Shown here one piece after another: positions 19,701 to 29,394 of a stretch of DNA of 64,000 bases. The position numbers were made by a program, and so were the translations under genes. The notes beneath the pieces are model-generated. The model ran no database searches, was not told the DNA's origin, and was given only the letters and a program-made list of their open reading frames with translations. Each line of letters opens with the position of its first letter. The stretch's first letter is position 1. Origin of the DNA: a bacterium (GTDB taxonomy: Bacteria > Patescibacteriota > Saccharimonadia > Saccharimonadales > SZUA-47); contig JAUIBF010000001.1 in assembly GCA_030428125.1 (NCBI GenBank), positions 234,383-298,382 on the forward strand, written 5' to 3'.

Positions 19701-21638
19701 GTGGATAACGAAGATAAATCACCCGAAAAATTAAGAGCAGCAGAATCATCTAAAGATGAGTCAAATTCTGATGATGATGCCGAAAATGAGGGGTCAGAAA
19801 ATAAAGAATCGGAATCTAAGGCCGAATATCAACCAAAAAATGAATCAAAAAAAGAGAAGCCCGCAAGTTTCTTTACGGCAAAAGACAAAGAAGGCAAACC
19901 AGTAAGTCTATTTGACACAGGAAAAGATAATGCCGAAGAAGAGAGTAGTTCAGAAAATGAGAGCGCATCTGAAACTTTGGCCGAAGAAAGTGATGAATAT
20001 TCAAATTTAGAATCTGAAGTAGGAGAGCAAAAAGCTGACGATGAACCTGGATTAAGTGAACTAGAGGCGCAAGAGGTCGCAGTGGCTTTAATCGAGTCTA
20101 GAAATGAAGAGTTAACCGGAGAACTGTCCGGTGCTGATGAGGATAGCCCTGAAGAACTAGAAATTTTAGCAGATATAGCATTTTTAGAATCTTTGAGAGA
20201 AAAGATGGAGAGTGGTGAAGATTTGACTGAAGAATCTATTGACGAGGCGTTTGCAGAGACTGCCGAAGATTTAGGTGTAGATCCAGTCGAAAATTCGGTG
20301 GGTGAAAGTGTCGAAATCGTTGCTGAAGAAGTAGATTCAGAAGAAGTGCAGGAACCCGAATCAGAACAGGAAGAAGAATCAGAGTTCGAGAGTACAGATA
20401 TTGAGGAGGTTGCTGAAGAACTCGATGAGGATAAGGACGATACTGCAGCGCCACCAACCCCACCTACTCCACCAGTTCCACCCACTCCACCCGTACCCCC
20501 AACACCTACGAGCCCACCCGTACCTCCAACACCTCCGAGCCCACCTTCACCTCCGACCCCTCCAATTCCACCTGTGCCACCACCATCACACTATCCATAC
20601 AATCCAAATCAACACAATCAAAACGCGCCAAATCCGAATCAAAATAATAATTCAAATACCGTAATCCATTACGTTGAGCGTCGCAGGAGAGGTAGAGACT
20701 TGTTGGTGGGTGGAATTATTGGCTACATTATTGGTCGGCGTGGAGGAAGAAAACGTACTGAGAAAAAATTAATTCCGAAAATTGAAAAGTTGGAACGAGA
20801 AGTCGAAACTTTGCATGACGTAATTACCGAGCGTGAAGAAAAAATTAGGAAAATTGCAAGAAAAAGTGCTGAGACTGAATATAAATTACGCACTGCAGAA
20901 GAGGAAATAAGCGAACTAGGGTCTGCTAGTACAGATCAAGTTAAACAAAAATCCAATCAAGAAAAATCAACCAAAAACAGGGCAGTTTCTTTGGTGGAAA
21001 ATCGTCAAAAACGCGTCGAGATAAAGCAAACTTTGAAGCGACGTGAAGAGCTCGCATCTAAAGAATCGGTAGAGAAATTGACAAAGTTCACCCTGCCTGC
21101 GCTAGAAGTATTTAAGGAACGTAGATTGATGGATGGTAGCGAGAACAGCCCTAAACGAAAACGCTTTGAAGCCATGACCGAATCAGAATTGTTGGAACAA
21201 GCAGAAAATATAACTATCGAGGGAGCGTCTGTAGTGAAAATGTATCACGAAAAACGTATCACCAGGGACGGACTACTAGAAGTGGTTAAAAAATACTATC
21301 GCAAAGGAACCGGTAGTCACGAGCAAGTTTATTGGAAAGAGCTGAAGAACGATCCAAGCGTAGTGGATAAACATCGCCAGACTCTGGAAACTTTGCATGA
21401 AAGTGCTCAATCACCAAGCCCACGAAACAGCACTCTAGCCATAAACAGAGACACTGTATCTACGCCAAGTGATGTGGATAAGCAGAGATTTTATCAGCGT
21501 AATGCAGAATCGGACCAACAAGTTGTGCCAAAAGAAACCGACAACGCTAAAAAGCCGAAATCGTTGATGCCGTGGATTGCTGTGGTAGTTGTGATAGCCA
21601 TATTGGCAGTTGGATACTTGCTTATCTCGCTAAACTAA
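19701..21638 (+). CDS. membrane protein with acidic disordered N-region, Pro/Thr-rich repeat, two TM helices and a coiled-coil region
   Basis: GTG start. [45 protein letters not shown] tract. TM helix LLVGGIIGYIIG, and a second TM helix at the C-terminus (WIAVVVVIAILAVGYLLISL). Confidence 0.65.
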   Translation: MDNEDKSPEKLRAAESSKDESNSDDDAENEGSENKESESKAEYQPKNESKKEKPASFFTAKDKEGKPVSLFDTGKDNAEEESSSENESASETLAEESDEYSNLESEVGEQKADDEPGLSELEAQEVAVALIESRNEELTGELSGADEDSPEELEILADIAFLESLREKMESGEDLTEESIDEAFAETAEDLGVDPVENSVGESVEIVAEEVDSEEVQEPESEQEEESEFESTDIEEVAEELDEDKDDTAAPPTPPTPPVPPTPPVPPTPTSPPVPPTPPSPPSPPTPPIPPVPPPSHYPYNPNQHNQNAPNPNQNNNSNTVIHYVERRRRGRDLLVGGIIGYIIGRRGGRKRTEKKLIPKIEKLEREVETLHDVITEREEKIRKIARKSAETEYKLRTAEEEISELGSASTDQVKQKSNQEKSTKNRAVSLVENRQKRVEIKQTLKRREELASKESVEKLTKFTLPALEVFKERRLMDGSENSPKRKRFEAMTESELLEQAENITIEGASVVKMYHEKRITRDGLLEVVKKYYRKGTGSHEQVYWKELKNDPSVVDKHRQTLETLHESAQSPSPRNSTLAINRDTVSTPSDVDKQRFYQRNAESDQQVVPKETDNAKKPKSLMPWIAVVVVIAILAVGYLLISLN

Positions 21639-21685
21639 AAAATATCCAACCTGTTATAATATATTAAAGACAACAGAGAAGATTT

Positions 21686-22540
21686 ATGCAGAAGATAATT
21701 CTTTATTACAAATTTGTGCCGATTAAGGACCCGGAAATGACCGTTCGCTGGCAACGCGAGCTATGTACTCGATTGGGTCTGAAAGGACGGATACTAGTTA
21801 GCCCGCACGGCATTAACGGGACACTTGGTGGTGAGTTAGAGAATCTTCGTCTTTATCGTAGAGCAATGAGCGACACCAAAGAATTTAAGAATATAAAGTA
21901 CAAGTGGAGTAAGGGCGGAGAAGAGCATTTTCCTAAACTTAAAGTTAAAGTAAAGCCTGAGATTGTTGCTTTTGATGCTGCTGACGAAATCGTAGTATCA
22001 GAAAATGGAATTGAAAATGGCGGCAAACATTTAAAACCTGAAGCCCTGCATAAGTTAGTCGAAGAAAAAGGCGAAGACGTAATTTTCTATGATGGCCGTA
22101 ATATGTATGAAGCGCAAATCGGCAAGTTCAAAAACACCATCATACCCAAGACAACAACTAGCCGCGACTTTAAAAAAGATATCGAAGAAGGCGATATTTC
22201 CAAGCATAAAGATAAGCCAATCGTTACCTACTGTACTGGTGGAATTCGCTGTGAGATTCTTAGCGCTATGATGATGAACCGTGGCTATCAAGAGGTCTAT
22301 CAGATGGACGGTGGGATAGTGAAGTATGGTGAAAAATTTGCTGATGATGGGCTGTGGGAAGGTAAGTTATTTGTTTTTGATGACAGAATGCAAATGGGTT
22401 TTTCTGATAATGCCAAGGATATAGCCAGTTGTGAGTATTGTGGAAAAAAGACTTCACATCAAGTGAACTCTACAAATGTGCGTCGTAAATTACATGTAGT
22501 ATGTCAGGAGTGTGCAGTTGAACACTCGCCTTCAAACTAA
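21686..22540 (+). CDS. trhO: rhodanese-domain tRNA uridine(34) hydroxylase (UPF0176/YceA family)
   Basis: IILYYKF...GRILVSPHGINGTLGG N-domain. Rhodanese active-site loop YCTGGIRCE. C-terminal Cys cluster. Confidence 0.8.
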   Translation: MQKIILYYKFVPIKDPEMTVRWQRELCTRLGLKGRILVSPHGINGTLGGELENLRLYRRAMSDTKEFKNIKYKWSKGGEEHFPKLKVKVKPEIVAFDAADEIVVSENGIENGGKHLKPEALHKLVEEKGEDVIFYDGRNMYEAQIGKFKNTIIPKTTTSRDFKKDIEEGDISKHKDKPIVTYCTGGIRCEILSAMMMNRGYQEVYQMDGGIVKYGEKFADDGLWEGKLFVFDDRMQMGFSDNAKDIASCEYCGKKTSHQVNSTNVRRKLHVVCQECAVEHSPSN

Positions 22541-24026
22541 GCTTAAAGAACTTCCGAATACGCCTGGAGTTTACTTTCATAAAGATAAGTCGGGTGAAGT
22601 TATTTATGTCGGTAAAGCCGCTGTGCTTAAGAATAGAGTCAGGCAGTATTTTCAAAAATCTCGTAATCGAGATCCGAAAACCGAGGCATTAGTAGCAGAA
22701 ATCGAAGATATTGAATGGATTGAAGTCGAAACAGAAATCGATGCATTATTTTTGGAAGCCGAGATGGTCCGTCGTTACATGCCTCGTTACAATATCCTGC
22801 TTAGGGACGACAAAAGCCTATTGTATGTTCGAATAGACATAAAAAGCGAGCACCCAACAGTAACTTTTACTAGAAGGCCACTCGATGATAAGGCTGAGTA
22901 TTTTGGTCCGTACATTCAGGGGTACGCAGTTCGTAAAGCCCTCAGATTACTGCGCCGTATTTTTCCGTACGCAGTTACCAGGGAACAGGCAACAATGGGC
23001 AGTAAATTATACGAACAAATTGGCCTTGATCCGGGGCTGAATAGCGGCAAAACATCTATAGACGAGTATCGTAAGAATTTAAAAAACCTCATGTCATATC
23101 TTCGAGGAAATCGATCGGCGCTGATGCGCGAAGTAGAAAAGGAGATGAGGTTAGCTGCAGAAAACCATGAATTTGAAAAAGCTGCAGCACTTAGGAATAA
23201 ATTATCTGAGTTAAAAAGTCTTAAGAAACAGGTTATTTTTTCTGATAGAGAGTTTATGGACATCTCTAAAGACAAGGGCCTTCAAGGCCTAGCTGAACTG
23301 TTGAATATAGAATTGCCGCCCAAAAGGATAGAGGGCTACGACATTAGTCATATGAGCGGAACTGATAATGTTGCAAGTATGGTGGTATTTGAAAACGGTA
23401 TTCCAGCTAAATCATCATATAGGAAATTCAAGATGCGAAAGCTCGGCAACGATGACTTTGCGCATATGAATGAAGTAATCACTAGAAGGCTCGGCAAACA
23501 AAATGTTTCGTCTTGGGGATTGCCGAGTTTATTTTTGATCGATGGAGGCAAAGGACAGCTCGGAGCGGCCATTAAGGCTCGAAATAATGCAGAATGTGAT
23601 AAACCAATGATTGGAATTGCTAAAAGAGAGGAAGAAATAGTTATTAGTAAAAAAGACCCGAACACTTCTCTTAATGTTAAAAATGCAACTCAGATGCAAT
23701 TTGTAATTACAGAAACCAAAGACTTTTATTTGGTAAGAATGCCTTTGAGTAGTGATATTGTAAAGCTTCTTCAGCGCGTTCGTGACGAATCTCACAGATT
23801 TGCCGTGACATACCATTCAACACTTAAGCGAAATCGACAGACAACAAGTTGGCTAGATGAGGTGCCCGGGATTGGTCCTGCTACAAAAAAGAAGCTAATT
23901 AAGGAATTCGGAAGTTCCAAAGCTGTGCTGCAAGCACGTAAATCCGAACTCGAAAATTTAATTGGTGAAAGTAAAACTGCTATTCTAAAAACATACATAA
24001 GAGCTGAGAAAAAAAGTGATAAATAG
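22512..24026 (+). CDS. uvrC: excinuclease ABC subunit C
   Basis: GIY-YIG (GVYFHKDKSGEVIYVGKA...Y), UVR domain (FEKAAALRNKL), endonuclease domain, C-terminal HhH (VPGIGPATKKKLI). The GTG start overlaps the trhO 3' end. Confidence 0.93.
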   Translation: MQLNTRLQTKLKELPNTPGVYFHKDKSGEVIYVGKAAVLKNRVRQYFQKSRNRDPKTEALVAEIEDIEWIEVETEIDALFLEAEMVRRYMPRYNILLRDDKSLLYVRIDIKSEHPTVTFTRRPLDDKAEYFGPYIQGYAVRKALRLLRRIFPYAVTREQATMGSKLYEQIGLDPGLNSGKTSIDEYRKNLKNLMSYLRGNRSALMREVEKEMRLAAENHEFEKAAALRNKLSELKSLKKQVIFSDREFMDISKDKGLQGLAELLNIELPPKRIEGYDISHMSGTDNVASMVVFENGIPAKSSYRKFKMRKLGNDDFAHMNEVITRRLGKQNVSSWGLPSLFLIDGGKGQLGAAIKARNNAECDKPMIGIAKREEEIVISKKDPNTSLNVKNATQMQFVITETKDFYLVRMPLSSDIVKLLQRVRDESHRFAVTYHSTLKRNRQTTSWLDEVPGIGPATKKKLIKEFGSSKAVLQARKSELENLIGESKTAILKTYIRAEKKSDK

Positions 24027-25212
24027 TTTTAACAGTAAATTTTTTACGAAAAATAGAGAACGTCTGGCAGGAAAACTACCGGATTGTTTAATTGTAGTTA
24101 CAGCTAATTGCATGATGCAAAAATCTGCTGACGAACCATATCAATTTAGACAAGATAGTAGTTTTTGGTATCTGACCGGAATAAATGAACCTGACGTGGT
24201 GCTGGTTATTGATACAAAAGAAGGTGAGTCTACCCTACTCCTTCCGGAACAAAATCAGTATCAGAAAGAATGGGATGGCGAGATTGATAAAATACACCTT
24301 AAAAAGATAAGTGGGATTGATAAATTTGAAACCAGAACTAATCTCGAGGTTATTTTAAAGCGAGCAAAAAATGCGGGCTTACAAATATGCCAGCTTTCTC
24401 CGATGCCGGATAGAGTAGAGCCCTATGGGTTTATGAGCAATCCAGCACGTAAACTTTTAGAGCAAGAAATAAACAAAATTGAATCAAAACCTAAAGACGT
24501 CAGACTGGAAATGGCAAAAACGCGACAAATTAAACAGTCGGAAGAAATAGAGCTAATCCAAAAAGCGATTGATATTACAGGAGAGTCACTGGACGAGCTT
24601 AAGCAAAATATTCAGAATTATAAAAATGAAGCCGAGTTACAACGAGATTTGCTGATTAAATTTCTAGAGAAAGGTAGTGACGGACATATGTTCGACCCGA
24701 TTGTCGCTAGCGGCAAAAACTCAGCCACTATCCACTACAAGCAAAACAACGCAACAATAAAGAAGAACGAACTAATACTTATGGATGTTGGCGCTAAAAC
24801 CGGAATGTACGGAGCAGATATCAGCAGGACTTGGTCGGTTGGAGACCCTACGAAGAGGCAGAAAGATGTTTTTGATGCTGTTTTGAAGGTACACAAGAAT
24901 TCACTTTCAAGGTATAAGCCAGGGATGACTCTCAAAGAAGAACAAGATAATGTAAATAAAGATTTGTCTAAAGAGTACAAAAAGCTAAAAATTTCTGATA
25001 GACAGTTGCCGAACGGAATCTCGCATTTCTTAGGAGTCGACACTCACGATGCCGGGGATTATAGATCTCCACTAGAAATCGGATCCGTACTTACTGTGGA
25101 GCCAGGAATATACCTGCCTGATGAGGGAATCGGTGTAAGGATTGAGGACATTGTATTGATAACAAAAAATGGTGCACAAATTCTGTCTAGTAAAATAGAC
25201 CAGAATCTTTAG
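24016..25212 (+). CDS. pepP: Xaa-Pro aminopeptidase (M24B)
   Basis: Creatinase-like N-domain and M24 metal ligands (DVGA...YGADISRT, HFLGVDTHD, LTVEPGIY, IRIEDIV). Confidence 0.85.
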   Translation: MINSFNSKFFTKNRERLAGKLPDCLIVVTANCMMQKSADEPYQFRQDSSFWYLTGINEPDVVLVIDTKEGESTLLLPEQNQYQKEWDGEIDKIHLKKISGIDKFETRTNLEVILKRAKNAGLQICQLSPMPDRVEPYGFMSNPARKLLEQEINKIESKPKDVRLEMAKTRQIKQSEEIELIQKAIDITGESLDELKQNIQNYKNEAELQRDLLIKFLEKGSDGHMFDPIVASGKNSATIHYKQNNATIKKNELILMDVGAKTGMYGADISRTWSVGDPTKRQKDVFDAVLKVHKNSLSRYKPGMTLKEEQDNVNKDLSKEYKKLKISDRQLPNGISHFLGVDTHDAGDYRSPLEIGSVLTVEPGIYLPDEGIGVRIEDIVLITKNGAQILSSKIDQNL

Positions 25213-25249
25213 CGGATCCTTAGGCTAAAATGCTATAATTACACTTAAG

Positions 25250-25609
25250 ATGAGATTCAAAAAGTTTGTAATTCGATGGGGTGTGTCATCGCTTGGTCTA
25301 TGGATTGCCTCAGAATTACTAGGTAGCGAAAGTGTAGATCTGGGTGGCAAATTAGGAGCTGTAATTATATCTGGATTAGTGTTAGCCATCGTAAACACTA
25401 TCATTAGGCCGATCGTAGTTTTCTTAACCCTACCTGCTGTTTTGCTTACTTTAGGTATATTTATGGTTGTAATTAACGCCTTAATGGTAATGTTTGCTGC
25501 CTGGATTAGCCCCCTTGATGTAGACGGTTTCGGGATAGCATTAATAACCGGATTAGTAATAGGTCTGGTAAACTGGTTAGTAACAGCATTATTGGAGGAT
25601 AAAAAATGA
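25250..25609 (+). CDS. DUF360 / phage holin family IV-like membrane protein
   Basis: Four hydrophobic helices. IVNTIIRPIVVFLTLPAVLLTLGIF motif. Confidence 0.65.
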   Translation: MRFKKFVIRWGVSSLGLWIASELLGSESVDLGGKLGAVIISGLVLAIVNTIIRPIVVFLTLPAVLLTLGIFMVVINALMVMFAAWISPLDVDGFGIALITGLVIGLVNWLVTALLEDKK

Positions 25610-25827
25610 ATGTTTGGAATATAATTACAGTCGTGTCGGCGATAATTATGAGTATATTGATTTTAGTACAAGTACGTGGAGCCGGTTTAGGCGCAGGACT
25701 TGGTGGTAGTGGAAGTAGTGAAATGAATACCGTACGTAGAGGTTCTGACAGGACTATATTCCAGCTCACAATAATTGCAGCAATAACTTTCGCACTTTCT
25801 ATTTTGCTTGCAATTATTTTGGCCTAA
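25606..25827 (+). CDS. secG: preprotein translocase subunit SecG
   Basis: Two TM helices flank a Gly-rich loop (RGAGLGAGLGGSGSS). 73 aa. ATGA overlap with the upstream gene. Confidence 0.7.
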   Translation: MNVWNIITVVSAIIMSILILVQVRGAGLGAGLGGSGSSEMNTVRRGSDRTIFQLTIIAAITFALSILLAIILA

Positions 25828-25858
25828 TCTTTTTTAGGTGGGAGCTAAAATATAAATT

Positions 25859-27676
25859 ATGCCGATTATAGACAGAAGAACAAGACTTAGAGCCAGACGT
25901 GCACTGCGTAAGCAAAAACGACAAATGGAAGCAGTCACTGCTCAAGCTGATGATAATATCGACAAGCACGTGATGAGACGCTTTAGCAGATTGATGGCTG
26001 TAAGGCGTTTCGTTATTTTTTGGGTTGCTTTGGTCGCTTTGTTAGGGCTAGGCGCGTTGTGGCAAGTTCGTGGAATGGACAAATTTTATTTAGAAACTCG
26101 ACCTGCGTCTGGTGGGACGTACCGGGAAGGAATAATAGGCACATTCACTAATGCCAGCCCACTTTTTGCGACAAGTTCCGTCGATACCGCAGTGTCCAGA
26201 TTGCTATTCTCGGGGCTATTTAAGGTTGGTCCGGACGGCAAGGTATCAGGAGATTTGGCATCCAATTTAGAGGTTGACGAAGAAGGCAAGCTCTACACCG
26301 TTACCTTGAAGAAAGGTATAAAGTGGCACGACGGTGAGGAGTTTAATTCTGAGGATGTCTTATTTACATACGAGGTAATCCAAGACAGAGAAACAAGATC
26401 ACCGTTGCGACCAAGTTGGGATGGTGTGAAAGTAGAAAAAATAGACGACTATAAAATTTCATTTGAGATACCAAACGCTCTAAGTTCATTCCGGTATGCA
26501 TTGACTAACGGAATTGTTCCAGAACATTTACTTGGCAGTGTAGCTCCCACAGACTTAAGAAGTAGTAATTTCAACACCGTGCAACCAGTAGGTACAGGAC
26601 CATATTCAATAAAGACGCTTGAAGTTGTCGGTCAGGATTTAGACACAAGACAGGAAAGAATTGCATTAGTTAAGTATGAAGACTTTTATGTTTCTAATGA
26701 GGGTCCAGATGGTATCGTTATACGCTCATACAGAACAGATGAGGCAATGCTTAAAGATTTTGAAGAACAAGTCATACAGTCGATGGTAGGCTTAAGTTTC
26801 TTGCCAGATAATTTGCTGGAGGATGATGAAATAAAACAAGTATCTGCACCACTAACTAGTGCTGTAATGGCGTTTATCAATAATTCTTCAGAAGGACTAA
26901 ATGACAAAAAAGTGAGGAGAGCACTAGTCCAAAGCGTCGATAGTAATGAGTTGCGCAAAGGATTAAGTTTTAGCTCGATTGCTGTCGATAGCCCTTTTCT
27001 AAAAAGCCACTTCGCATACAATCCTGATATAGTCCAACGACCGTATGATTATGCCAAAGCCTTTGCGTTACTTGATGAAGCTGGATGGGAACTGAATGAT
27101 AGTGGTGTTCGCGAAAAAGATGGTAAAGAGCTTAAAATAAGATTAGTCTCGCAGAGTTTGTCGGAGTACTCAGTTATTGCTCAAAAACTACAGCAGAACT
27201 GGGGCGCCCTAGGAGTTAAGGTAGAAGCAATACTCCAACCAGAAGAAGACATACAGTCTGGAGCGATTGCCCGGCATGATTACGACGTGCTGTTGTATGG
27301 AATTTCAATTGGTTATGACCCGGACGTTTTTGCTTACTGGCATAGCTCGCAGTTTGATCCAAATGCTGCAACTAGATTGAATTTCTCAGAATTCAGCGAT
27401 AAGAAAGCTGACGAGGCACTTGAAGCAGGACGAACAAGAATTGATGAGGAGCTAAGAAACGTGAAATATCAACCATTCTTACAAGCCTGGAGGGACGAAG
27501 CCCCTGCGCTTGCCTTATATCAACCTAGATTTTCAATGATTGTCAGGGGTACATTTGAAGGGTTTCAAGGTGGGCAGTTAAGTACGGCGACGGACAGGTA
27601 CTACTCGATTGGTAACTGGAAGATTAGAAATGCCGAAGTAGTCAAGGAAACCAATTTAAATAAAGGCGATGAGTAA
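25859..27676 (+). CDS. ABC-type solute-binding protein, family 5 (peptide/nickel type), TM-anchored
   Basis: Basic N-tail plus TM anchor, then an SBP_bac_5-like body (GGTYREGIIG, KGIKWHDGEEF, GTGPY). Confidence 0.75.
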   Translation: MPIIDRRTRLRARRALRKQKRQMEAVTAQADDNIDKHVMRRFSRLMAVRRFVIFWVALVALLGLGALWQVRGMDKFYLETRPASGGTYREGIIGTFTNASPLFATSSVDTAVSRLLFSGLFKVGPDGKVSGDLASNLEVDEEGKLYTVTLKKGIKWHDGEEFNSEDVLFTYEVIQDRETRSPLRPSWDGVKVEKIDDYKISFEIPNALSSFRYALTNGIVPEHLLGSVAPTDLRSSNFNTVQPVGTGPYSIKTLEVVGQDLDTRQERIALVKYEDFYVSNEGPDGIVIRSYRTDEAMLKDFEEQVIQSMVGLSFLPDNLLEDDEIKQVSAPLTSAVMAFINNSSEGLNDKKVRRALVQSVDSNELRKGLSFSSIAVDSPFLKSHFAYNPDIVQRPYDYAKAFALLDEAGWELNDSGVREKDGKELKIRLVSQSLSEYSVIAQKLQQNWGALGVKVEAILQPEEDIQSGAIARHDYDVLLYGISIGYDPDVFAYWHSSQFDPNAATRLNFSEFSDKKADEALEAGRTRIDEELRNVKYQPFLQAWRDEAPALALYQPRFSMIVRGTFEGFQGGQLSTATDRYYSIGNWKIRNAEVVKETNLNKGDE

Positions 27677-27754
27677 TAATAAGCAATTGTGACTAGCCAA
27701 ATTCCTTATGCTATCATATGATTATTCAATGCTAATTTCGAGGAACAAGAAACA

Positions 27755-29392
27755 GTGAACAAGGTTGCGCATTACTTACAGCAACATCTAGTTGGTGAGG
27801 TATTAACAAGTCCGGATGTATTAAGTTACTTTTCTACGGATGAAAGTATTTTTCAGATACAGCCTATGTTGGTTGTGCATCCTAGATCGGAGAACGATTT
27901 AAGAAAAGCCGTGAGGTTTAGTTGGCAGCTTGCAGAGCGAGGCAGGAAGGTGCCAATAACCATTAAGGGCAAGGGTACTGATCAGTCAGGAGCGAGTTTA
28001 GGTAATGGAATTGTTCTGACAACTCCTGCTCATTTAAACAAGATTATTGAGCTAGATCCTAAATCTGGGGTCGTAAGCGCAGAGTCCGGTACAGTTGTAG
28101 CAAAAATCCAACAAACACTTCATACGCATGGCAGGTTTCTACCATCGGTTGCCAGTTCCGTAGAGACTATGACAATTGGTGGTTCGGTTGCCAATAATGA
28201 CTCAGGCCCAACTGCCTACAAGTATGGCCCCGTCCGTGAATATGTGAGGGGGTTGAGGGTTGTTCTGTCCAATGGAGAATTAATCAGGACAGAAAGACTC
28301 AGTAAAAGAGAGCTGAACAAGAAGCTTGGGCTTGCATCATTTGAGGGCGAGATATATCGGTCTCTGGATAAATTAATTGAGGAAAATCACGACCTAATTG
28401 AATCGTTAAGCGAATTCGGAGATCGAAATAATGCGGGCTATGCGATAAATGATGTGAAGCTCAAAGATGGTTCGTTTGACTTGACTCCACTATTCGTAGG
28501 GAGTCAAGGAACACTTGGTTTGATTAGCGAGGTAACTCTAGAGACAGAACCACATAGCGCGCAAACAGATATTATTGTGGGTCAGTTTTCGGATAGACAA
28601 AGTGCATGGAATGCAGTTAAAAAAATAAATAATATAAAGAATGGTCCTATATCGCTCGAATTCATAGACAGAAGTTTAATTGAGTTCGTAGTTAAGAATA
28701 ACCCAAATCTAGTCAAAAAAACTATAGATAAGACTTCCCCTGCGACAATTTTGTACGCTGAAATAGAGAAGAATACCAACCGAGCTTCTAAGAAAGTACA
28801 AAAGAAAGTACAAAAGATTTTTGAAGAGGCAGGAGCTGAAACGATCCAGGTTGATGAAGATAGTAGGCAGTCTTGGCTAGCACTTAAGGATAGCCCTTCG
28901 ATTTTTCTATCCGGAGACAGTGGTAAAAAGGCCGCAATTCCTATTACAGACGATGCTTATATTCCGGTTGAGCGATGCGCAGAGTTTATTGAAAAATCTG
29001 AAGAAATTCTCGCTGCGACTGGGCAAAAAGCATATGGTTTTTGGGGTCAGGCAGGAAATGGCGTAGTACACGCAGCTCCGTTGTTCGACATTAGTCAGAT
29101 TGGCGAAAAGCAAAAGATGTTCAAGTTGCTGGACTCTTACTATTCGTTAGTAGTGGACTTTAATGGATCTGTTGCAGGTGAGTTCGCAGAAGGAAGACTT
29201 AGAGGCTCGCAGGCAGAGAAGTTATTCTCGCCAGAGCAAATTAACCTCATGAACAGTATCAAATCCATATTTGATCCATTTGGCATTTTAAATCCAGGCG
29301 TGAAAGTTGGCGTTGAAATGGAGATTATAAAATCACAACTTAGAAATTCATACAGCCTAGACCATCAGTATTCTCATTTACCTAGAAATTAG
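27755..29392 (+). CDS. FAD-linked oxidase (GlcD/D-lactate dehydrogenase family)
   Basis: PCMH-type FAD-binding domain (KGKGTDQSG, IGGSVANNDSGP). C-terminal FDPFGILNPG. GTG start with GAGGAA Shine-Dalgarno sequence. Confidence 0.8.
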   Translation: MNKVAHYLQQHLVGEVLTSPDVLSYFSTDESIFQIQPMLVVHPRSENDLRKAVRFSWQLAERGRKVPITIKGKGTDQSGASLGNGIVLTTPAHLNKIIELDPKSGVVSAESGTVVAKIQQTLHTHGRFLPSVASSVETMTIGGSVANNDSGPTAYKYGPVREYVRGLRVVLSNGELIRTERLSKRELNKKLGLASFEGEIYRSLDKLIEENHDLIESLSEFGDRNNAGYAINDVKLKDGSFDLTPLFVGSQGTLGLISEVTLETEPHSAQTDIIVGQFSDRQSAWNAVKKINNIKNGPISLEFIDRSLIEFVVKNNPNLVKKTIDKTSPATILYAEIEKNTNRASKKVQKKVQKIFEEAGAETIQVDEDSRQSWLALKDSPSIFLSGDSGKKAAIPITDDAYIPVERCAEFIEKSEEILAATGQKAYGFWGQAGNGVVHAAPLFDISQIGEKQKMFKLLDSYYSLVVDFNGSVAGEFAEGRLRGSQAEKLFSPEQINLMNSIKSIFDPFGILNPGVKVGVEMEIIKSQLRNSYSLDHQYSHLPRN

Positions 29393-29394
29393 GC

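Noticed and set aside
20440-20590. The repetitive CCACC/CCTCC tract as a possible CRISPR array or non-coding tandem repeat
   Set aside because: It lies inside a continuous ORF and encodes a PPTPP/PPVPP repeat. There is no repeat-spacer periodicity.
19829-20664. A minus-strand 218-aa Ser-rich ORF and alternative-frame ORFs (20236-20463 minus, 20401-20664 plus)
   Set aside because: They are overlapping or antisense readings of the acidic and Pro/Thr-repeat region of the 645-aa gene. Low-complexity sequence keeps several frames open.
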